DNA of 64,000 bases from Octopus vulgaris (taxonomy: Eukaryota): the NCBI GenBank assembly GCA_951406725.2, contig OX597825.1, forward strand, positions 16,554,001 to 16,618,000. The letters run 5' to 3'. A model generated the notes under the pieces. The model saw nothing but the letters and a program-made list of their open reading frames with translations. It made no database searches and was not told where the DNA came from. Position numbers and translations under genes: made by a program. Shown one piece after another: positions 12,998 to 25,570 of this stretch (within the stretch, counting starts at the first letter, position 1; the number at the start of each line of letters is the position of its first letter).

Positions 12998-13999
12998 TTT
13001 ACTCTTTTACTCTTTTACTTGTTTCAGCCATCCGGCTGAGGCCATGCTGGGGCACCGCCCTTGTTGCTACCCTCTCTAAGTCCAGTTTGCCGTGGCTGGC
13101 CACTGATCTAAGAGAGAGTTTGTAGCTGCTGCCCTTAGGTTACCTTCGTACCTTGCAGTGGGTTCATCTGGGATCCCGGAAAGCAGCTTGTCTAGATGTT
13201 TTTTGAAAATGTCCACATCCGCATCATGTAGATCTCTTAGTTTTCTTGGCAGTTTGTTGAACAGCTGAGGGCCCCTGAACCCCAGGCTATTACAGTATCT
13301 ACTCCTTACCCTGGATGTGGAAGACGGGACCTTTGGCACCACACAGTGACGTCCTGTACGGGGATTGGAACAGCTCTCAATTCCAAAATTTGGTGCTAGT
13401 CCCTCCAGGATTTTCCATATGTATATCACTGCATATCTCTCTCGTCTTCGTTCCAAGGAGTGCAAATTGAGTTCCCTAAGCCTCTCCCAATAGTTCTTTT
13501 CTTTCATGGTGGAAATCCTCTTGGTGAAATGTCTTTGGATTGTCTCAAGCTCTGTGGTTAGTTTGACACTATGCGGTGACCACAGTTGGGAGCAGTAGTC
13601 CAGGCGGCTTAGGACAAATGTCCTCCATAGTATCAACATGGTCTCGCAGTCTCTTGTCCGGAATGTCCTCAGGATCCAGCCAGTGAGTCGTCTGCACATT
13701 GTCGCCACCTTCGCGATGTGTGAAGAAAAAGATGCATCGTCACTCATGTCTATCCCCAGGTCCCGTATTGATTTCGATACTGGGATTTCGATCCCTCCTG
13801 GACCAGTATAGTTGTGTTGTAATGTATATGTGTTTACAGCTTGATATTGTAAGGCTTGAAATTTACCAGCATTAAATTGCATGTTGTTGTCTTCAGCCCA
13901 TTTGTATATGGCATCCAGATCTTGTTGTAAAAGGTCAGCATCAGCTGGGTTTTTGATTGCCTGTGCTACCTTTGTGTCATCAGCATAGCTAGTGAGGGA
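12998..13999 (-). mobile_element. 5'-truncated CR1-group LINE with 3' UTR and (GTAAAAGA)n tail
   Basis: Open frame from 13999 (SLTSYADDTK...) to stop at 13076, short 3' UTR with two hairpins, tail AAGTAAAAGAGTAAAAGAGTAA. Confidence 0.92.
13076..13999 (-). pseudogene. LINE ORF2 fragment: reverse transcriptase from YADD motif to C-terminus
   Basis: The frame extends 39 codons upstream of the tracked ATG to include YADD, LQQDLDAIYKWAEDNNMQFN, RDLGI, LDYCSQLWSP and YWERLRELNLHSLERRR. No stops or frameshifts over ~307 codons. Confidence 0.92.
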
Positions 14000-14006
14000 T
14001 GTTGTT

Positions 14007-14045
<39 letters not shown>

Positions 14046-14063
14046 CTATATATATATGTATGT

Positions 14064-14301
14064 GTCTCTTTTATTTTTCAAATATTATAACTCTTCCATT
14101 GAGGAGGGAGCCGGTTTTCAACAAAGTTCATTCTCTTGGATGTTAACACAGACAAATTCACATCTGGAACTTGAGAAAAGTCTTGTATATTTTTACTGTT
14201 CCACTCACAGATTGCACTTGTAATGTACGAATTAGCCGGTCAATTTCCCTTTCTGAAAATCCCAGTTTATCTAAATTGTCGTTTAAGCAATTACTGACAT
14301 A
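14064..14301 (-). mobile_element. 3' end of a second RLE-type non-LTR retrotransposon family
   Basis: 14301-14158 reads YVSNCLNDNLDKLGFSEREIDRLIRTLQVQSVSGTVKIYKTFLKFQM*, resembling RLE-element C-termini (LxxLGF...LQ...GTxxI); followed by an A-rich 3' UTR. ATATGTATGT lies on both sides. Confidence 0.55.
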
Positions 14302-14528
14302 TGTATGTATCTGCAGGTATAGATAGATAGATGCAAGCAGTGTAGTCGAATATTTAGAATGCTCTCTTGGAAATCACGAAATACCGTGTTCAATTCCATG
14401 AATTGATGTCTTTGGCAAATGTTTTTCTATAGTTTCGCGTAGATGTATGTCGGGTATACCAGTATGAGAATTGCATGAGTATTCCGTTACAGATACACGT
14501 CTGTATGAAATGCCCAGTTACCGTTAAA

Positions 14529-14574
<46 letters not shown>

Positions 14575-14602
14575 TACATACATACATGCATATGTATATA
14601 TA

Positions 14603-14834
14603 TCACGTGATCACGTGACCAACCAGTCCATCAGATGTAGTTACACATCGCTGGTCACAATGCGTTCGCATTGTTTTAACCTTCGAATGACGCCACCCCG
14701 CTGGAAGAAAGAGTGGGAGAAAGAGCTTTTAGGTTTTTTCACTCAATAACCACTCACAAGACCGGTTTGGGAATCGAAACCGCTATCCTACGACCGCGAG
14801 TCCGCTACCCTAGCCACTGGGCCATTGCGCCTCC
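14603..14834 (-). mobile_element. tRNA-derived SINE, head A, tail y (internally deleted)
   Basis: Head GGAGGCGCAATGGCCCAGTGGCTAGGG...GGTTTCGATTCCC nearly identical to 50910-50830; different 3' part ending GGTCACGTGATCACGTGA. Confidence 0.8.
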
Positions 14835-15196
14835 ATATATATATATATATATATATATATACACGACATTCAGTATTTAACTGGTTCTTTACTGTATCGG
14901 ACATGAGGTGATAAAAGGTAAGGTTGACCTTCGTGGGATTTGAAATCAGAACGTAAACGACCGGAAGAAATGCCGCTAAGCGTATTGTCTGACGAGCTAA
15001 AGGTATTACCGGCTCGGCTTATATGTATGTATGTATGTATGGATGGATGTATTTTTCTTTTACTTGTGTCAGTCATTTTGACTGCTTGTACATACACGCT
15101 GGCTTCCATATATGGCAGTACATTTGTTATGTATGCATGTATGTACACACACACACTCATACACACACATATACACACACATACAAATACACACAC

Positions 15197-15227
<31 letters not shown>

Positions 15228-15772
15228 TGCACGTACAGACATATGCATGCTTGTTGTGTGCGTATATTTATATATATATATGTATATGTATATGTATAGG
15301 TATATATATATATATATATGTCTATTTGTAAATATACATATATATATATATATACATATACATATGTATATATATATATATATATATATATGTAAATATT
15401 TATATGCATATATGCACACATACATGCATATTTTGTCGTGAGGACTAGAATGGATCTTTCCATTTCCGTAATGTCGAAATAGGATGTTATTATTATAAAC
15501 ATTCAATGTTTGTAAATAGTCAATTAATTGCGTTTACCTTTCACGGGACCCCATCAAAATATACGTATTTGCAGTGTAGGGCGCAGCAGTGCATGTGCAT
15601 GCATGCCGATAATGCTGTAATCGTAGTAATGCATGTTACTCGAAATCTCCAGAGAGAGACAGTGAAGCAGAAAGAGGAAGAGAAAGAGAGAAAGAGAGAA
15701 ACATGGAGATAGAGGGAAAGAGAAAGAGAGAAAGTGATTGTGAGAGAGACTGAGTGAGAGAGACCGTAAGAG

Positions 15773-15884
<112 letters not shown>

Positions 15885-16219
15885 AGAGAGAGGGATGGTA
15901 GGATACATATTTATTAGGATAAACAGGCAGATGTATGTATGTATATGTATCTATATCTATAAATACACAATACATACATTCATACATTCATGCACGTACA
16001 CACGCACACATATGTATGTGTGTGTGTGTATTGTTGCATATTTCTATTCTTTTGGGGAATTTTTCCTTCAGATTAAATGTCCGTAAATGAACAAATAGTT
16101 ATATTTTATTTATATCCAGTTTCGTTTGCAATATCAGTTTGAAATCTTGTAGAGGTAATCAGATATTTATTATTATTATTGTTGCTGTTGTTATTATTGT
16201 TGTTATTATTGTCATTATT

Positions 16220-16763
16220 GAGTGAGAGAGCAGTGCATACCATCAAAGTAACACTGGGGTAAGATATACGAAGCCCAGTATACCCATCATGATTACCCAT
16301 CTGATAAGGGTGAACCAGACACATGCATCACAATCATATGTGCGCGACTTGGTGTCTCATATAAAGATAAACTGCACGTGACCTTGCAGGTGGGGCCCAT
16401 TTAGAATTTTCTTCAGGTTGAGTAGCCCATCCTGCTCAAAAGATCCCTGAACAAAGGTTTATTTAAGGATGTTGAACGAAACACCCATGTTTCTAAAGGT
16501 GACTTGTCTAAACTCCCAAAGAATTCCTCGCAACACATGGCCATGATCCTTCTGCTCGTGATCAGAGATGCACATCTCGTCAGCAACTAAGGGACATCAA
16601 CTGGTTAGGGTCAAACAACTGACAAGCAAGTCTGTGGTAATGAGCAGAATATTTGCTGTAGCCTATCTTTTATACCGAAACAAAACAAAGTACATGGTAA
16701 CACTTCCAATCAGTTAAGATCAGAAGACACGATAGCCACTGCCTGGCATTGTATCAGGACATA
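16220..16763 (-). mobile_element. dispersed non-coding element embedded in triplet repeats, copy 2
   Basis: Reverse-complement homolog of 1262-1905; flanked by (TTA/TTG)n at 16168-16219 and (TCA)n at 16763-16797. Confidence 0.8.
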
Positions 16764-17388
16764 TCATCATCATCATCATTATCATCATCTTCATCATACA
16801 CACATACATATGTATATATATATATAAATAAATATAGATCTCCGTTATATATATATATACATACACACACATGCGGTTGACTAGCAGGCAGCTTCCGTCT
16901 CCTTGACCCAGTCACAATGTATACGATAGGGGAAGAGACTTGTGGAAGGTACAATAAAGAGGGATTGAACCCAAAACTACGTGTTTAGAAAGGACACCTC
17001 TTAGGCACACAACCTAATCTTTGTTGGTAATATTTTTCTGAGTTTCTTCGTAATTTATTTGGATAAATCACATAACTAATTCTATCTTCATCGCACCAGC
17101 AGGTTGCGAAGTTTTACTGGCGTGTGTAACTTCCTGCTTTATAGTAAACAAATGTTATTTCTGTTGTTGTTTTCGTTCGATTTTATTCGGACGCCATTAA
17201 CGGAAGCCTGAAATATCATCGTCTTTATTATACGTCATTTGTCAAATGTTCATTCCTTTTATGGCATGTATATGTTATTTTTTTATCAGTATGCTGATTT
17301 ATAAAGTCGTGTGGCCTAGTGGTTAGAAGTGTTGCACGCTGTATCGCAAGATCGTGGCTTCCAGTTCTTGATCGGGCGGTGTGTTCTA

Positions 17389-17962
17389 TTGGGTTGTCTG
17401 GAAAGTTCGTGCCGATTTATAGTAGCTTACATTTCGACTTATTTTAGAACATGGTTGAGTCCATAAAATAGGATTTGACTACACCTCCATTTAGAGCACA
17501 GTTTAAGCTATCTTTTCGTGGAAGAAGGTTTATGCTCCTATAACCTGTGTTAATTCTGTAACCCTTTAAAATGGAAGATAAGAAAGTTTATTTTCGGCAC
17601 TTGATGTTTTTCTTTTTCCGTAAAGGGAAAAATGCCTCACAAGCAACCAAAGAAATATGCGCAGTTTACGGTGATGTTTCTTTATCCGAAAGAAATGTAC
17701 GGAAGTGGTTCGCAAGGTTCCGAGCTGGAGATTGTAGCCTTATTGATCAAGAGCGATCAGGCAGACCATCCACTACAGATGATGACCAAATCAAGTCATT
17801 AATTGAGAATAACCCACATTGCACCACCCGAGAATCGGCAGAAAGCCTCAACCTATCAAAGTCCGTCGTTCATGAGCACCTGGTTAAGCTTGGGTAATGG
17901 CAAGTATTTATAGACCTTTTTCTTTCCTTAAAAAATCGGCACGAACTTTCCGGACAACCCAA
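17389..17962 (+). mobile_element. internally deleted mariner transposon (mellifera-like), 574 bp
   Basis: 30-bp TIRs (17389-17418 / 17933-17962, one mismatch), TA TSD at 17387-88 and 17963-64. Confidence 0.95.
17571..17897 (+). CDS. truncated mariner transposase, N-terminal HTH DNA-binding region only (108 aa)
   Basis: MEDKKVYFRHLMFFFFRKGKNASQATKEICAVYG...WFARFRAGDCSLIDQERSGRP...HEHLVKLG* matches the mariner transposase N-terminus; the deletion junction creates the stop. Confidence 0.85.
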   Translation: MEDKKVYFRHLMFFFFRKGKNASQATKEICAVYGDVSLSERNVRKWFARFRAGDCSLIDQERSGRPSTTDDDQIKSLIENNPHCTTRESAESLNLSKSVVHEHLVKLG

Positions 17963-18330
17963 TATTATTGAAAAAAAAAAACAACTTTATTTGGCGTTGT
18001 CACACTCCACTCAGCTGTAAATAGGAAACCCTGCGACGGATTCGCGTTCCCTTCTAGGTCACTTAGGCGCCATGGAAACCGGGTAATCGCCCTTATAAAT
18101 CACAGGACACGAGGCAGTAATTTCTAGGGGTCGTTGATGATGATGATGATGATGATGATTAAGATTTATGAATAATGCTGCTTTCATTTTGTGGAGATAT
18201 CTACATATGTAGCATGGATGCGTTGTTCATTAATGTCTTTCTATCTAGATTTGTGTTATTTTGCACAAGCATGTTTGTTATAATTGTGTCTTGATTTAAA
18301 CACATTGTGAACCTCAAAGAGTGTCTTGTA

Positions 18331-19582
18331 CAAGGGGTGTTCATTGATTTCTTCTGATCCACTTTCGGTTATTGCAGGAAAAAGAAATCGTGCAGGTATA
18401 ATTATACATGTTTCTTCATGTCACATTGTAAATTGCAGCTTTCCACTTGTATTCGTCTTTTACGGCTGCTGAAATGGACTAAAGTGTTATAATGGAGGCT
18501 ATTGAATGCAGATCAGTGATCAAGTTTTTATACTTGGAAGGTTGTACACCAAAAGACTTTCGATGAGATGAAAGAAGATTACCATCGTACTAGATGCCAG
18601 TTGCACCATCATACATCGTAGTCAAACACTGGTATCGCCAGTTCAAATGTAGTCTGACATCGGTGGAAACTGCACCTATTCCTGCATAACCACATTCAGC
18701 TATTGATGACGACACCATCCATAAATTGGAAGTCACCATTTTGGAGGATCATTGCATAACTATTCGGTAACTAGCCCAAGAAGTGAAGGTAAGCGTAGGG
18801 TCTGCGGAAAAAAAATCTTTCACTAACATTTTCATATGCTGAAGTTGTCTGCACGATTGATTCCGGATGTTCACATCTTTTCAGAAGCAGGAATGAGTCA
18901 ATTTTGTGCCAAGAATACCAGGATAACTTTTTCTGCAGACTTATCAAGAGGAAGTATGGGTCCATCACTAATATCTCGAGGCTAACGTCCAGTCAAAACA
19001 ATGGAAGCATGATAACTCACCACCGCCAAAGAGGGTACGTGTCCAACCCTCAGCAGGTAAGATGATATTCACAGTCTTTTGGGACCAGCGTGGAGTAATA
19101 ATGATGAATTTTCTGGAAAAGGGCACAAGCTTCTCTGCTGCAGAAATTGCAGGACGCCATCAAAGTAGAGAGGCGTGGCATGCTGACCAAAGGAGTTCGC
19201 CTACTCCAAGACAGCGCCCCAGTTCACAATGCGCGTGTTGCTTAGATGGAAGCACACTCCTGCGTCTATAAGATCCTTCCTCATACTCCGCTTACTCTCT
19301 CGCCCTCTCACTATCTGATTCCCACCTCTTTCCAACGATGAAATCATTTTTGAAGGGGAAAAACCTTTCGGATGAAGCTGAACTTATTTCTGAGGTAACG
19401 TCTTGGCTCCAGACGCAACCTACCGGCTTCTGCAGACGAGGTCTTCACAGCTGTATTAAGCGATGGGAGAAGTATGTCACCATCGGTGGGGGCTACGTAG
19501 AGAAGGACTAATAATTATGCCGTTTCGTTTATCCCAGTCCTTGGGAAATGAGCCAAGGGAAATCTTTAAGGAACACCCCTCG
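18331..19582 (+). mobile_element. near full-length decayed mariner (irritans-like)
   Basis: TA-C(A/G)AGGGGTGTTC...GAACACCCCTCG-TA termini. Frameshifted transposase from ~18492 (MEAIECRSVIKFLYLEG) through MIFTVFWDQRGVI, LLQDSAPVH and SDSHLFP to GGYVEKD* (~19511). Confidence 0.88.
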
Positions 19583-19675
19583 TATATATATGGTTAACGA
19601 ATTAGGAAGCTTAATACTTGTACTTTTAAAATCAAATTTATATATTTGTCTTACGTCAGTTGTTCTTGGGTTTAG

Positions 19676-19723
<48 letters not shown>

Positions 19724-20325
19724 TTGTTCTTGCGCTTTCGTAGAATTATTAGAGTAATTTCATGCATTGGTATGATACAGTTTGTGATGCGTCTTATGAG
19801 ATTCTTACTGACGGGTTCATTTGTAAGGTCTGACGACCTTGTTGTAATGCATTTATATATCCATAGTCTTCTGTGGTTTGGTTTAACTATGTTAGAATAT
19901 CCGTTCTTAATTATTGTAAATTTAATATTGTACATTGTCTTATCTACTGCTTTATTTCAAAAATAGAATCTAAATACCATTCTAATTAGGGATATTTACT
20001 TCTCACGTGGTGTACCTGTGTGGATGTTCAATCTTTATGTATATAAATATGGATATCTGTGTCTTCGTTGTACACCGACGTTGTGTATCGCTTCTTTTGA
20101 AACTGGGCGGATATAAATCTAAGAAGGGAGTCTTATCTATATGTTTGTACGTGGCTGCTAATGTTTTTTGTTTAACGAAAAAGAAGTAATTGAAATGAAA
20201 TACGAAGAAAGCAATTGTGATAGTGACGGTGGCCTAGGTACAGGCAGTGACGTTCGTGTTGATAACGGTAGAAGAATGAGAAAGAGAGAGACAGGCATAG
20301 CGTGAGAAGGAAAGAGAAAGAGAGG

Positions 20326-20359
<34 letters not shown>

Positions 20360-20584
20360 GGAGGCGGAAAACGAGAAGGAGTGCCTAAAGGAAAGAAACA
20401 AGAAAAGAAAGAGATGTTGATAGGATGGGACTAGGAATAATATGAAGCCGTAGGAAAGTTTGTGACGTCATTTCGTCTTTGGTTCTCTCTGCATTTGAAG
20501 TATTTTTTTGCATTATATCTTAGTACATCAAATCATTAATTTGCTACAAGAACGAAAGACGTGATAAGATCTTCCCACACAGAC

Positions 20585-20615
<31 letters not shown>

Positions 20616-20725
20616 GACAGACAGACACACACACAGACACACACGCACAATCTCATCTCATATACCTTCGTACTTAAATATGTCAACAAGTGTATATGTA
20701 TGCATATACATACATACATACATAT

Positions 20726-20767
<42 letters not shown>

Positions 20768-20850
20768 TCATACACGCACACGTATATATATATACATACA
20801 TATATATACATATACAAATATATATATACTATACACGCACACATATGCAT

Positions 20851-20905
<55 letters not shown>

Positions 20906-21211
20906 ATGCATAGAAATATATATATCTACATATTGTTTGCAGTGCTATTGCTGGTGGGATTAACTAAAAAAGTACTCTGTCCAGTCAAAGATAAATATCA
21001 TTTAATATACACAATTTACAAAGTGACTATCAACTGATCCTGAAAGATTGCTTGCAGTTGCATGGCATGTTTTATAAATCTCTCAATTTGATGTCTCTTA
21101 AATCATGGAACTACACGTGACTTTTTTGTAATCGTGTATATCATATGATATACATACATGTTCATATATATATAAACACACACAAAGATTTATGTATATA
21201 TATGTATACAT

Positions 21212-21252
<41 letters not shown>

Positions 21253-21400
21253 TGTATATATGTATAAATATAAATACAATAAGAAGCTTCCAAATAGGAA
21301 AGCGTTGTGCTAGAAAGAGCAGTAGAAATCTCAAGACCACAAAAAAAGAATAATTTCACGAAAGGAATGAAAATTAAAAACGTTTATTTTATTATGTTTA

Positions 21401-21482
<82 letters not shown>

Positions 21483-21485
21483 AAC

Positions 21486-21529
<44 letters not shown>

Positions 21530-22063
21530 CGGAGATGTATTTGCATAGCAAGTGACCTGATCTGAGATCATGTGCTGGAACGAAAACTATTGCAGCATGG
21601 AAGATGTTTATAAACCATTTAAGATGCAGCACAGAATTGTTTCAGTATACAGGTTGCAGTCTCAAAGCGACGAAAATATTTTGGCAAATTAAAATTTAAA
21701 TGTTGAAGTGAATATAACGGTTTTTGTGTGTTTCATAAATGGCTCATAAACACCTTCCAAACTGCATATATACATATATGAGTATATCTATATCCATCTA
21801 TCTATATGCATATGTATGGATATAACAATACGGATATATATATATATATACACACATATATATGCATATATATTTATATATACATAATTTTTTTTCTATT
21901 CTCTGTTTATTTCCTCGTGTTTCTTTCTGTTGATCAGCGTAGGCTCGGACATACTCCCACGTGCTCAGTCTATATCCTCCTTCCATCCTTCATCCGCCCG
22001 TCTGTCTATCCTTCCGGATGTGTGTTGCCTGCCTGTTTGTCTGTTTGTCAGCCTGTTTGTCTG

Positions 22064-22608
<545 letters not shown>

Positions 22609-23739
22609 ACATAAACAGGCTTAGAACTATGACAGGCTTTAGAATTCACCAGAAAAAATCACAATATCTCAGCAAGTAAACACACAGAGTAATGCATCGT
22701 TAACAAGTAACCTGTATGTCACCAGAAAAATCACAGACAGGCAGGGTAGTTATGGACCATGCATTACTCTGTATGTCTACTGGCGGGGTGTTTGGAAAAG
22801 AAAGTTCATCAGCAAGGAACAGTAACATGTTGCGAAGTTTCACCAACAGAGTATTGTAACATCGTCTTCAACAGTAAATTCATCATTGACATCATTGCCG
22901 TCATTGACACATCTATACAGAAGAATGTCTGTCCCTAGCGTGACTGGAAAGTCTCATCCATTTCGGCTCATGTTACAGAGAACAGTGAAGCAATGACATT
23001 ACTCAAAAATCGTGTTCATCAATGAATGCTTGAGCGTATTTATATGTGCTTGTGTGTGTGTGCATGTTTGTGTGAATGTGTGTGTTTGTGTGCATGTGTG
23101 TCTGCGTGTGTGTGTGTGCTCATTAACCGTCTAGAACAAGTCCTTCCGAGACACAAATTTTACTATATTTCGTTTCGTATGCGTAGAACATCTACTTGTT
23201 TCTATGTTTTTCAACCATCTCAATCTGCTTATCTTGTCATTTATTTTATATAAAAGTTTTTGTATATATTTCTTTTGTCATCTTAGTTATTAAAAAAAAA
23301 AAATGATGCGATGCACAGACACAATTTGTTTTGTAAATGTATAATAGATGTCGAAGTAAACATTCTATCTCACTAAATATGAATGAGTCTGTGTTGAGGA
23401 CGAATGGTGGAAGATGAGAAAAAAAAATACAAAAACTGAAACAAAAATAACCATAAATGAAATGTCGAGAAGATTTACACATGTGTCAGAATGTAGTAAA
23501 CGAAAGATAATTGATATCTCGAGAAATTATAAGATGAATTAAACAATATAAATTAGTCTACCGTTTTTTTGCAACTTTCAGGGTGACAAAAAAATTAGAA
23601 AATGCAAAACGAGTTGACAGAAATCATTTCTCTTTATATTTACACAACACAAATCATTATATATCATCATAAAAAGATATATATATAATCATTATACTTA
23701 TATATAATGCGTGTGGGTGTAAGTGTGCTCTCTCTCTCT

Positions 23740-23790
<51 letters not shown>

Positions 23791-23827
23791 TATGTGTGTA
23801 TATATGTATATATATAAATATATATAG

Positions 23828-23930
<103 letters not shown>

Positions 23931-23937
23931 TTATATA

Positions 23938-24360
23938 TCAGGCTGAGTAAAAAGGAAGCAACATTTTAAACAATGCGGAAATTTTATTTATCGATGTGAA
24001 TGCCGTTACAATCAACACATTTTTGCCTATGAGTTACAAGTTTGTTTATTCCGGTAACACAAAAGTCTGGAGTTCTGGTGCTGATGAACTCTTTTATAAA
24101 CTCCTCTCGCAGGAAACCATCAAGGTGCTTAAAAAAGTGGTAGTCAGTACGAGAAAGGAATAAACTGAATGAGGAAGAACTTCGTAGCGAACTTCATTCA
24201 GCCTCTGGAGCGTCATTAGTGAAACGTGTGGTTGAGCATTGTCATGACGAATGACTGACCCTCTACTATTGATCAGTTTAAGAAGGAGGATAGGAAATTT
24301 TCGTTCATTTTGGCAATTTCATGGCAATATGTTTCTGCAGTAATGGTTTTCTTGGGTTTT
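23938..24360 (-). mobile_element. mariner 3' fragment (cecropia-like), decayed
   Basis: TA + TIR-like TCAGGCTGAGTAAAAAGG; minus strand gives KTITAETYCHEIAKM, HDNAQPHV, TDYHFFKHLDGFL and GINKLVTHRQKCVDCNG. Confidence 0.8.
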
Positions 24361-24422
24361 AATGTTGCCTTGGCGGAGGTTTGGGATTTCGGAGTTCTCT
24401 TGTTATTATTATTATTATTGCT

Positions 24423-24583
24423 AAGGCGGCGAGCTGGCAGAATCGTTAGCACGCCGGGCGAAATGTTTAGCCGGATTTCATCCGTTTTTATGTTCTGAGT
24501 TCACATTCCGCCGAGGTCGACTTGGCCTTTCATCCTTTCGGGATCGATAAATTAAGTACCAGTGTAACACTGGGGTCGATGCA
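24423..24583 (+). mobile_element. SINE family S2 (tRNA head + Nin-like domain), 3' truncated
   Basis: AAGGCGGCGAGCTGGCAGAATCGTTAGC...GAGTTCACATTCC...GCCTTTCATCCTTTCGGGATCGATAAATTAAGTACC. Confidence 0.85.
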
Positions 24584-24597
24584 AATATTTGAAACCC

Positions 24598-24628
<31 letters not shown>

Positions 24629-24742
24629 TATTATTTCTTCTGTCGAATGTGGTGGTGGTGCATCTACTGGTGTTGCTGTTGTTACTGATGTTGGTGTCCT
24701 TAGAGCATCTGAATTTTCTGTTCTTGTTTCGTTGATGATACC

Positions 24743-24974
24743 CATTTCTTTACTACCCACAAGGGGCTAAAAACAAAGAGGACGAACAAGGATAGACATA
24801 GGTATTAAGTCGATCATATCGACGCCAGTGCATAACTGTACTTATTTAATCGACCCCGAAAGGATGGAAGGCAAAGTCGACCTCGGCGGAATTTGAACTC
24901 AGAACATAACGGCAGACGAAATACCGCTAAGCATTTCGCCCGGCGCGCTAACGTTTCTGCCAGCTCGCCGCCTT
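24743..24974 (-). mobile_element. SINE family S2, full length, 8-bp TSD
   Basis: Co-linear with 42714-42946; ATGATACC at 24735-24742 and 24975-24982. Confidence 0.9.
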
Positions 24975-25059
24975 ATGATACCGATGTAGCTGTGGGGTTG
25001 GTGCTGATTTTGCTATTGTTTGTTGCTCGTTTAGTTGTGGCTTTTTGGGACTTGGTGTT

Positions 25060-25570
25060 GGAAGTAACATGGTTCTACTCTTCCCTGTCTTCTGCTGGTG
25101 ACAGAAAGCTCACAAGTGGACAATCTCCCAACATAGGTAGCACCGTGGCTTTCTACCCTCAACCTTAACATGCAGCTCTTCCCCTCTCGAGAGGTGAATG
25201 AGATTCGGGATCTAGTCGATTTTGTCTGGTTTAACGTGGAGTAGTACCTCTAACCTGATCGCAAACCAATTTGCACGACGCGTCAGCTTCACCTGCAGGA
25301 GGCTGTTACTCCCTTCCAAAAAATACACTCTAAAATCCATTATAAGTTGACCTCATGTAGATCTTTATGCTCACCGTCCTCCTTTCTAAACACAATGAGC
25401 AGAGCACATATTTTAGCTCCAACGGGTAACCACGGAATGTTTGGCGACCAAACTCTCGGTCTTGAATAACACCGAGATGCCCGCAATTTTCTTGGCTATC
25501 GAAATATGCCAAATGCCGGACACTATCTCTTTCAGTGCACCTTTCATATCTGCCAGACTAGCCGTCTCTG
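25060..25570 (-). mobile_element. decayed ORF1 (gag-like) of an L1/Tx1-type LINE
   Basis: Minus strand near 25215-25100 reads IPNLIHLSRGEELHVKVEGRKPRCYLCWEIVHL*AFC, a CX2CX4HX4C zinc knuckle preceded by VEGR; higher GC than the flanks. Confidence 0.55.

Larger units (their letters stand above)
17306..18115 (+). mobile_element. old tRNA-derived SINE (head B) split by a mariner insertion
   Basis: A-box-like TGGCCTAGTGG head at 17306-17388; core resumes after 17965 (ACTTTATTT...CCACTCAGCTGTAAAT); tail resembles 56590-56690. Confidence 0.6.

Noticed and set aside
14209-14252. Apparent minus-strand exon (TTTTCAG|...|GTGAGT)
   Set aside because: The frame continues on both sides as a retrotransposon-like C-terminus, so it is better explained as a mobile element.
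19714-19935. IYKC...SKNLIRRITN resembling a GIY-YIG endonuclease
   Set aside because: YIG motif absent; resemblance too weak without a profile search.
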